Assembly (NCBI GenBank): GCA_965224245.1
Contig: OZ245046.1
Location: 4,192,001-4,256,000, forward strand
Reading direction: 5' to 3'
Origin: Candidatus Eiseniibacteriota bacterium
GTDB taxonomy: Bacteria; Eisenbacteria; RBG-16-71-46; CAZAMP01
DNA length: 64,000 bases
Shown here: positions 56,876 through 64,000 of the stretch, piece after piece
Numbering within the stretch: the first letter of the stretch is position 1
Layout of the letters: each line of letters begins with the position of its first letter
Position numbers and translations under genes: made by a program
Notes under the pieces: model-generated
The model's database searches: none
Told to the model about the DNA's origin: nothing
Seen by the model: the letters and a program-made list of their open reading frames with translations, nothing else

Positions 56876-58030
56876 TTGGGTCGGCGGTACGTGATCTACT
56901 CACACGATGGCTTCGGGATGGGCAACATCCGGCGCAACCACGCGGTGGCGAAGCGGATCGTCGAGCGAGACGCCGACGCCAGCGTGCTGTGCCTGACCAG
57001 CTCCCGCTATCTCCATTTCCTGCCGCGACATCCCCGGATCGAGCTCGTGAAGCTCCCCGAGGTGCTGCGGGTGGGCCGCGGCGAGTACCGCTCTCGGACC
57101 GAGGGAGTGGCCATCCGTCCCCTGCTGGCCGCCCGGCGCGAGATCATCCGGGGAGCGATCAAGGGGTTCGATCCCGACGTGCTCCTGGTGGACAAGACGC
57201 CCGACGGCATCGCCGGCGAGCTCCGACCGCTCCTCGCGGGGCTGGATCGGGATCGCACGCGCGTCGCCCTGATTCTGCGTGACGTCCTGGACGAGCCGCG
57301 GTGGACCCGCGAGTTCTGGGCGCGCACGGGCCAGTACGACTGTCTCACCGAGTCCTACGACGCGGTCACCATTCTCGGAGATGACGCGCTCTTCGACACC
57401 GCCACCGCGTGCGGGCTCGATCGCGTGCCCGGCGTCGACGTCGCATACTGTGGGTACCTCGTCCGCGAGGCCCCCCACGACGACCCGGAAGCCCCCGAGC
57501 CCCTCGGCGACCGGTTTCTGATCTCGGTGGGTGGCGGCGAGGACGGCCTGGAGGTGATGCAAGCCTCCATCCAGGCCCTCTCCTCCATGGCGGCCGGCGA
57601 GCGTCCTGCGATCGACGTCGTGTTCGGGCCGTTCTTTCCGGCCGACGACCGCGATCGGTTGACGGCGACGTTCCAGCGACTGACCGATGCGCGGTGCACG
57701 AGCTTCGAGCGTCATCTCCGCGAGCGCATTCGCACGAGCCGCGGTGTGATCAGCATGGCCGGCTACAACACGGTGTGCGAGATCCTCGAATCGAGCGCCC
57801 CGGCCCTCGTCGTTCCCCGGCGCCACCCCAGCCGCGAGCAGGTCATCCGGGCCTCACGGATGACCGAGGTCGGCATCGTCGACTCGCCGGAGACCGCCGA
57901 GGCCACGCCGGAGCGCATTCGCGACTTCTTCACGTCGCCGAGACCACAGGACCGGAGCCGCTTTCGCCGCGGCGGCCACGACGGGATCGCCGGCCGAGCC
58001 GAGTCCCTCGCGACGCTGGCGCGGTGCTGA
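56876..58030 (+). CDS. GT-B glycosyltransferase (COG4671/GT28-C-like); start TTG 56876 or ATG 56846
   Basis: YSHDGFGMGNIRR, PDVLLVDK.P.G..GEL, LRDVLDEP, VGGGEDG, SMAGYNTVCEIL, VPR...EQ.IRA. Confidence 0.85.
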   Translation: MGRRYVIYSHDGFGMGNIRRNHAVAKRIVERDADASVLCLTSSRYLHFLPRHPRIELVKLPEVLRVGRGEYRSRTEGVAIRPLLAARREIIRGAIKGFDPDVLLVDKTPDGIAGELRPLLAGLDRDRTRVALILRDVLDEPRWTREFWARTGQYDCLTESYDAVTILGDDALFDTATACGLDRVPGVDVAYCGYLVREAPHDDPEAPEPLGDRFLISVGGGEDGLEVMQASIQALSSMAAGERPAIDVVFGPFFPADDRDRLTATFQRLTDARCTSFERHLRERIRTSRGVISMAGYNTVCEILESSAPALVVPRRHPSREQVIRASRMTEVGIVDSPETAEATPERIRDFFTSPRPQDRSRFRRGGHDGIAGRAESLATLARC

Positions 58031-58033
58031 GCG

Positions 58034-60964
58034 ATGCGCGCGATCGACGGCGAGCCGACCGTGAGCGCCGATCTCCGATCCGGCGTCACCGCGCTGATGT
58101 CGGCGGTTCCCTCCGGTGCCCGGATTCTCCGGTTGGACGTCTCCTCGCGTGATCGTCTCAGCGCGCTATACGCCGACGAGGGCGGTGAGCTGGCCGGCGC
58201 GGCGCTCGCACGCGACTCCGGCCGCGTTCGCCTGTTCACGCCGGAAAACGATCCGAGGCTCTTTCCAGCTCCCGGCACGCTGGCGGACATCCTCGCCCGG
58301 GCCTGCGAGGCGGCCGCCGCCCCGGCGGACCAACCGATCGCGCGCGCGGTGGCCTACCGGCCCGGCAAGCGGCTCGTTCTCTCGCTCTCGACCGGCGACG
58401 ACCTCCTCGCGTTCGTGAAGATCCGTCGCGGCCCCGTGCTCACCGACCGCCTGGAGGCGGCATCGCGCAGCGGACTCTGGCCCACGCTTCTCGCGTCGTT
58501 CGGACACGACGCCCTGGCGGTCGAGGTCCGGCGGCCGGTGCCCGGCCGAGCGCTGACCGCCGACGTCACGCGTGGCGACCGCCGAGAACCGGTCACCGGT
58601 CCGCTGGCCGCGTCGCTGGCCGGGTTCGCCACGACCTCCCTCACCGGCCTCTCGATCCCCGAGAGGACCGGCGATCACGCCGCCGCCGAGACCCAACGCA
58701 TGCTGGACAAGGCGGTCCGTCTCGGCATGCTCGCCGACGGCGCCCTCGCCGAGGCGGTCGCGGATGCCGGTGCCCAGCTGACGACGGACGGTTCCGCCGA
58801 GCTGGTCGCCTCACACGGAGATCTTCACGACGGCCAGATCCACCTCGACTCCGCGGCCGTCTCGTGGATCGACGCCGACAGCATCGTGCGAGCGCCCGTC
58901 GAGGCCGACCTGGCGAACCTCGGAGCTCACATTCACCTGCGACGCGTCCAGTCGACGTGGTCGACGCCGTCTCCGTCGGGTCGGGCGGCCGGCCCCGTGA
59001 CCGCCGATCTGGCCTGGGAGCACGCGCTCCGCGACAGCATGCTGCGGTCGCTTCCGCCGCGGCTCGCCGCGTCCTTCTCGACCCGGCGATGGCACGCCTG
59101 GCGACGGCTGACGTTCGCCCGTCTCGCGGCCGTGTACGCGATGCGCCCGGTGTGGCGACCGATCACCGGTGCGCTGAGTGCGCTCGCGTCGGCGCCGCTC
59201 GCGCTCGTTCTCGTCCTCCTGGCGGCGCTCGGAGCGGCGGCCCCCGACGCGCCCGCCGCGTCGCCTCAGCCCCTGGCGCCTCACCATCTCCGGGACGGCG
59301 TCTGGGTCGAGGTGCAGGGCGAGTACCGCCCGGGCAAACGGTTCAAGGTCGAGGAGCTCGATCTGAAGCTCCCGCGCGGCGACGACCGGGTCGAGATCAG
59401 CGGAATCGTGACGGCGATCGACCCCGCGAGCGGCCGGGTGACCGTCATCGGCGTGCCGATCGAGACCGATGCGGAGACCACGCTGGACGGACTGGGCGGC
59501 CTCGAGACCCTCGCGATCGGCACGCTGATCAAGACCTCCGCGCTCCGCCGCTCGGGAGACGGCTTCCGCGCCGGGCACCTCGCCTCGCGCGACCCCGACG
59601 ACGGATGCGAGATCGAGGGCTACCTGACCGACCTGGAGGGCCGCGGCGGTCGCTGGACGTTCGAGGTCAACGGCATCCGCATGCGCCTGTCGTCGGACCC
59701 CGAGATCACGATCGAGCCCGAGGCGCTTCCGTACCTGGCCGCGGTGACCGAGAACGACCGGTCGCGACGCCGCTCCGACGACGACTGGCAGCCGGTCGGC
59801 CAGACGTTTCTCCATCCGTCGCTCTCGATCGGGGGGCGGATCTCCGGTCGTCTGACGTCGGAGAACGAACGCGACCTGAACGTCGACGTCGAGGACGAGC
59901 TCGTCGAGTCGAACCTCCATGCCCGCACGCACGTGCGATGGACGCCCAACCCCTGGTTCAGCGCCTATGCCGAGGTTCGCTGGACGGGTAGTCGCGGCCT
60001 GGACAACCCGTCGTCGATCCCCGACGTGGACCGGTCCGAGTACCAGTCGGGGCCCACGAACGTCCTGGTCCGTACGCGACGCTGGCCGCTCTCGGCCCGG
60101 CTGGGACGGATCGACGTGGAGGACGAGCGCGAGTGGTTCCACGACCAGAACCTCGACGGCATCCGTGTGCGCTGGACCGGCCGCGTGCTCGGCCTGGACG
60201 TCGGCCGCTATCGCACCGACATCACGCCGACCGACCGGAGCGACGACGAGCTCTACTCGATCGCCTCCATCGAGCTGTCGATGACCGACGTCGTACGTCC
60301 GAGCATCCACGTGATCACGCGACGCGATCGGCGCGCACCGGGAGACGAGCGCACGTGGACCGGGATCAGCGCTCCTCTGAGTCTCGGCGATCACGTCGAG
60401 GCGTGGGGGCACGGCGCGGTGGCGCGAGGGGATTACCGCGGCAAGAGCGTTCGCTCGTGGGCATCGGACGGCACGTTGCTGCTCCGGGTCAAACGCCCGC
60501 TTCGGGTGTCCATCTACGGCGGCTACGCGTTCGCCACCGGCGATGCGGACCGGGGCGACGGGATCGATCGCGAGTACCGTGACACGGATCTCGCCGACTA
60601 CTCCGACGCGATGGACGGGCTCAAGAGCTTCCGGTACTACGGCGAGTTCTCAGAGCCCGAGCTGTCGAACGTGCGCATCTGGACCGCCGGGGCCGGTACC
60701 TACCTGTTCTCGTGGCTCTCGCTGGACGCGGTGCTTCACGGGTACCGGCAAGACGAGTTCCGGGACCGATTCCGATCCGAGATCCCGATCCGCCCCACGG
60801 GCGACGACAAGGAGCTCGGCCGCGAGGTCAACGTCATCGCCGGCATCCGTGACGTCGGTCCGATCGACGTCAAGATGGTCTGGAGCTCGTTCGATCCAGG
60901 TCGGGCGTTCGAGACCCGCGACCGTTCGTCGGCCTTCGAGGTCCAGATCGAATGGCGGCGCTGA
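58034..60964 (+). CDS. APH/choline-kinase-like phosphotransferase fused via an internal signal peptide to DUF5666-like repeats and an alginate-export (AlgE-like) beta-barrel
   Basis: Kinase AYRPGKR, FVKI, SHGDLHDGQI, WIDAD, EADLANL; in-frame ATG 59141 MRPVWRP...LALVLVLLAALGAAA; EISGIVTAID/EIEGYLTDL repeats; barrel NLDGIR, GGYAFATGD, FRYYGE..EPELSN, ELGREVN. Confidence 0.78.
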   Translation: MRAIDGEPTVSADLRSGVTALMSAVPSGARILRLDVSSRDRLSALYADEGGELAGAALARDSGRVRLFTPENDPRLFPAPGTLADILARACEAAAAPADQPIARAVAYRPGKRLVLSLSTGDDLLAFVKIRRGPVLTDRLEAASRSGLWPTLLASFGHDALAVEVRRPVPGRALTADVTRGDRREPVTGPLAASLAGFATTSLTGLSIPERTGDHAAAETQRMLDKAVRLGMLADGALAEAVADAGAQLTTDGSAELVASHGDLHDGQIHLDSAAVSWIDADSIVRAPVEADLANLGAHIHLRRVQSTWSTPSPSGRAAGPVTADLAWEHALRDSMLRSLPPRLAASFSTRRWHAWRRLTFARLAAVYAMRPVWRPITGALSALASAPLALVLVLLAALGAAAPDAPAASPQPLAPHHLRDGVWVEVQGEYRPGKRFKVEELDLKLPRGDDRVEISGIVTAIDPASGRVTVIGVPIETDAETTLDGLGGLETLAIGTLIKTSALRRSGDGFRAGHLASRDPDDGCEIEGYLTDLEGRGGRWTFEVNGIRMRLSSDPEITIEPEALPYLAAVTENDRSRRRSDDDWQPVGQTFLHPSLSIGGRISGRLTSENERDLNVDVEDELVESNLHARTHVRWTPNPWFSAYAEVRWTGSRGLDNPSSIPDVDRSEYQSGPTNVLVRTRRWPLSARLGRIDVEDEREWFHDQNLDGIRVRWTGRVLGLDVGRYRTDITPTDRSDDELYSIASIELSMTDVVRPSIHVITRRDRRAPGDERTWTGISAPLSLGDHVEAWGHGAVARGDYRGKSVRSWASDGTLLLRVKRPLRVSIYGGYAFATGDADRGDGIDREYRDTDLADYSDAMDGLKSFRYYGEFSEPELSNVRIWTAGAGTYLFSWLSLDAVLHGYRQDEFRDRFRSEIPIRPTGDDKELGREVNVIAGIRDVGPIDVKMVWSSFDPGRAFETRDRSSAFEVQIEWRR

Positions 60965-62601
60965 TGCGATCAACGACGACGAATGCCGATGGACGCGTGC
61001 TCCACCTCGTTCACAGCGGCGCCGACCTGAGCGAGGCGATCGCGCCGGAGACCGGGCTCACGGCGGCGGCTCCCGGCGCCCAGTGGCTGCTCGGTCCCGT
61101 GCTGCCCGACGCCGCGTTCGATCCACCGGATTGGGTCGAGTGGATCCGGGTTCCGGAGCTGGCCACCGAGGGCGCCGACTGGACGACGACCGTGTCGCGC
61201 CTGGTCGAGGCGCTTCGCCCCGCGCGCATCGTCGTCCACCGAGACGTGCACCGGGCGTCGCCGACGCTCGCCGCGACGCTTCATCAGATCTACGGAGACC
61301 GAATGACGATCATGCCGATGGAGGACCTCGCGCGGCCGCTTCGCGTGGGATACGTGCTGAAGAAGTTCCCGCGTTACTCCGAGACCTTCATCCTGCGCGA
61401 GGTCCTTGCCCTGGAGCGGCTCGGGGTGGACGTTCACGTCCTGTCGCTGCACCTGCCCCGGGACGGCCGCTTTCACGGATCGCTCTCCGAGCTCCGCCGG
61501 TCGGTTCACTATCTGGAGGACCGCAGCGCACCGAAGGCGCTCGGCGCCGTCCTGCCGCTTCTCCCCGAAGATCCCGGCGGACGCCGGCGCGTGACCGACC
61601 TGTTCTGGGAGACGCTCGATCGCGGGGATCCTCGCCTCCTCGGGTACCTCGCACGCGGCATCGAGATCGCCGCGCTCGTCCGGGAACGGGGGATCACGCA
61701 CCTGCACGCGCACTTCGCCACGTCGGCCTGCGAGGTCGCTCGCGTCGCGGCCGCGATCGCCGGTGTCACGTACAGCTTCACCGCACACGCGAAGGACATC
61801 TACGCCGACGACGTGGATCGCCGGGGCCTCGATCTGAAGCTCCGCGACGCCGCGTTCGCCGTGACCGTGTGCGATGCCAACGTCGACTATCTCCGGGCGA
61901 TGCACGCGTCCGCCAACGGCACCGTGCGCCGGCTCTTCAACGGAATACGCCTCGATCGGGAGACCGACGCGCGTCCCGCCGGCGAGCACCGCGACGGATC
62001 GGCGCCCGCCGTCGACGTGCTCGCGGTGGGACGCTTCGTGGAGAAGAAGGGCTTCTCTATGCTGCTCGACTCGCTGGCCGAGGTGCGCCGTCGCGGCGTT
62101 CCGTTCTCGTGCCGGATCCTCGGCGACGGCGAGCTGTTCGAGGACGTGCGGGCCCACCGGGATCGCCTCGGGCTCGGAGACGTCGTGGACCTGCCGGGCT
62201 CCGCGTCGTCCGAGCAGATCCGGGCCCAGATGGCGACGGCCGGCTTTCTCGTGTGTCCGTCGATCGTGGCCGGGAACGGCGATCAGGACGCGCTGCCCAC
62301 GGTGCTCCTGGAGGCGATGGCCGCTGGGCTCGCGACGATCGGCACGCGCGTCGGCGGCATCGGCGAGATCCTGAACGGCGGGCGAGCAGGCCGGCTGATC
62401 GATCCCGACCCCGCGGCGCTGACCGACGCCATCTGCGAGCTCCTGACCCGACCGGAGCGGCGCGCGCACTTCGCCTCGGAGGGACGCGCACACGCCGCGG
62501 AGAACTTCGACGTCGATCGAAACGTGGCACGCCTCGCGGAGTGGTTCCGCGGGGCCGGAACGACGGTCCCGTCGGCCGTCCAGGAGGCTCGGTCCTCATG
62601 A
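60964..62601 (+). CDS. GT4 glycosyltransferase with extra N-terminal domain
   Basis: YVLKKFPRYSETFILRE, HLHAHFAT, FTAHAKDIY, VGRFVEKKG, DALPTVLLEAMA; TGATG coupling. Confidence 0.9.
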   Translation: MRSTTTNADGRVLHLVHSGADLSEAIAPETGLTAAAPGAQWLLGPVLPDAAFDPPDWVEWIRVPELATEGADWTTTVSRLVEALRPARIVVHRDVHRASPTLAATLHQIYGDRMTIMPMEDLARPLRVGYVLKKFPRYSETFILREVLALERLGVDVHVLSLHLPRDGRFHGSLSELRRSVHYLEDRSAPKALGAVLPLLPEDPGGRRRVTDLFWETLDRGDPRLLGYLARGIEIAALVRERGITHLHAHFATSACEVARVAAAIAGVTYSFTAHAKDIYADDVDRRGLDLKLRDAAFAVTVCDANVDYLRAMHASANGTVRRLFNGIRLDRETDARPAGEHRDGSAPAVDVLAVGRFVEKKGFSMLLDSLAEVRRRGVPFSCRILGDGELFEDVRAHRDRLGLGDVVDLPGSASSEQIRAQMATAGFLVCPSIVAGNGDQDALPTVLLEAMAAGLATIGTRVGGIGEILNGGRAGRLIDPDPAALTDAICELLTRPERRAHFASEGRAHAAENFDVDRNVARLAEWFRGAGTTVPSAVQEARSS

Positions 62602-63830
62602 CGAAGCCCCACGTCGCCTACGTCGTCGCGGATCCCGGCATCGACTGGCGCAGCGCGAAGGGCGCCGCGGTCCACGTCCGCGAGATGGTCCGCGCCATGT
62701 GCGACATCGGATGTCGCGTCTCGGTCGTCACCACGCGAGGCGTCGCGTCCATCGGCGAGGACGAGCCCGAGTTCGCCCGTCTCGAAGCGTGTCGCGCCGT
62801 CGACCGCCACTTCGGGGCGGCTCCCCGTGAGGAACGCCCCGGCGCGTTGCGTGAGATCCGCACGCTGGCCAAGATGCCGGTCGTCGCCGACGCCGTTCTG
62901 GCGCTCGACGCCGCGGATCGCATCGACGTGGTCTACGAACGCTACTCGCTGTGGAGCGACGTCGGGGCCCGGGTCTCCGGCGAGCTCGGCGTGCCGCTGG
63001 TGGTGGAGATGAACGCGCCCCTCATCGACGAGCAGACGTCCTATCGATCGCTGGCCCTGACCGACGTCGCCGAGCACGTGCTCGGTCGCACGATGTCGAG
63101 CGCCGAGCGGATCGTCGTGGTCAGCCGGGCGCTCGAGCACTACCTCGCGGCGCGGGGCATCGATCGCGAGCGCGTTCGGATCCTGCCGAACACCGCGGAG
63201 CGAGAGCGATTCTTCCGATCCCCTCACCGCGCGCCGGCACCGGGCGAGCCGTTCACGGTCGGCTTCCTGGGAAGCCTCAAGCCCTGGCACGGCGTCGAGC
63301 AGTTCCTGGACGTGTTCGCCACCGTGCATGCGGCACACCCGAACTGCCGGCTGGAGATCGTGGGGGACAGCCGCCATCGCGCGTCGCTCGAAGAGTGGGT
63401 GCGCGCGAACGAGCTCGGGGGCGCGGTCCGCTTCCTCGGACACGTCGAGCACGAACGCGTTCCCGAGATCCTGGAACGGTGGGATCTGGCGGTCGCGCCC
63501 TACCCCGATCTCCCCGGATTCTACTTCTCGCCCCTGAAGCTGGCCGAGGCGCTGGCCGCCGGACGTCCGGTGATGGCCGCCGGCATCGGCGACATTCCCG
63601 AGATGCTCGGGAACGGGGACCACGGCGTGCTCGTTCCCCCGAGCGACTGGCAGCGCTGGACGCAAGCGCTCACGGCTCTCGTGACCGATCCGAGCAAGCT
63701 GTCTCCGCTCGCCGACGCGGCAGAACGACATTCGCGCGACTGGAGCTGGCGAACTCACGCGGCCGCGAGCCTCGAGGGCCTCGTCATGAACGGCGCGCCG
63801 CCACGCGAGCTGTCTCGTGCCGCGGATTGA
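62598..63830 (+). CDS. GT4 glycosyltransferase
   Basis: ATG 62598 (ATGA overlap); DPGI...KGAAVHVRE, YERYSLW, EMNAPLIDEQ, GSLKPWHG, FYFSPLKL.E.LAAG. Confidence 0.9.
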   Translation: MTKPHVAYVVADPGIDWRSAKGAAVHVREMVRAMCDIGCRVSVVTTRGVASIGEDEPEFARLEACRAVDRHFGAAPREERPGALREIRTLAKMPVVADAVLALDAADRIDVVYERYSLWSDVGARVSGELGVPLVVEMNAPLIDEQTSYRSLALTDVAEHVLGRTMSSAERIVVVSRALEHYLAARGIDRERVRILPNTAERERFFRSPHRAPAPGEPFTVGFLGSLKPWHGVEQFLDVFATVHAAHPNCRLEIVGDSRHRASLEEWVRANELGGAVRFLGHVEHERVPEILERWDLAVAPYPDLPGFYFSPLKLAEALAAGRPVMAAGIGDIPEMLGNGDHGVLVPPSDWQRWTQALTALVTDPSKLSPLADAAERHSRDWSWRTHAAASLEGLVMNGAPPRELSRAAD

Positions 63831-64000
63831 CGTCCGGACCGCCGCGCTGTGGCGGCGGGAGCAGCTCTCGCGGGCGTGGCACGTCATCCGCACGTTCGCG
63901 CCGTACGCGAAGCGGCACCGCGCCCTGGCCCTGGGGGCGTTCGCCAGCATCGTCGCCGGCGCCGGAATCCGCGTACTTCAGCCCCTGCCGCTGAAGTACC
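63817..64000 (+). CDS. 3'-truncated ABC exporter (fused permease/ATPase), N-terminus only
   Basis: GTG 63817: ...FAPYAKRHRALALGAFASIVAGAGIRVLQPLPLKY resembles the first TM and PWPLK motif of ABC exporters; only about 60 codons visible. Confidence 0.6.
   Translation, partial: MPRIDVRTAALWRREQLSRAWHVIRTFAPYAKRHRALALGAFASIVAGAGIRVLQPLPLKY

Noticed and set aside
58355-59342. Hexapeptide YRPGKR occurs in both the kinase and the barrel-proximal part of the fusion
   Set aside because: Codons differ and flanks do not align; probably coincidence
60543-63830. 1095-aa ORF suggesting a giant glycosyltransferase
   Set aside because: The upstream part is an alternate frame of neighbouring genes; the real start is ATG 62598

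Overview
High-GC (roughly 70% by eye) bacterial chromosomal window with about 47 densely packed CDS and no rRNA, tRNA, CRISPR array, transposase or phage genes that I could recognise. Seven secreted proteins carry a C-terminal PNP(F)...DVxGRxV...WxG...GVY (FlgD-Ig / T9SS-CTD-like) tail. With the GC content, this suggests an FCB-related candidate phylum such as Eisenbacteria, Krumholzibacteriota or Latescibacterota (inference only). Housekeeping content includes fbaB-tkt-rpiB, a family-5 uracil-DNA glycosylase, a selenocysteine-containing selD with a SECIS-like hairpin, MATE/DMT/TSUP/RND transporters and an FHA-GAF-PP2C phosphatase. The most striking signals are unusual in-frame fusions: (i) TetR repressor - internal signal peptide - TolC heading an RND pump, with a perfect operator-like palindrome upstream; (ii) APH-like kinase - internal signal peptide - DUF5666-like repeats - AlgE-like outer-membrane barrel inside a glycosyltransferase/ABC-exporter cluster; (iii) winged-HTH fused to a catalytically degenerate M29 aminopeptidase; (iv) MFS fused to a PatA/HtrB-like acyltransferase beside a PimA-like GT4. 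Also present are a CydA-like/cytochrome c fusion with a CydA'-like partner, a His-less pseudo-histidine kinase, a nitrilase-family enzyme lacking its catalytic Lys, a frameshifted renalase-like gene and a highly structured ~300-nt intergenic region. All family calls come from motif recognition by eye, not database searches.
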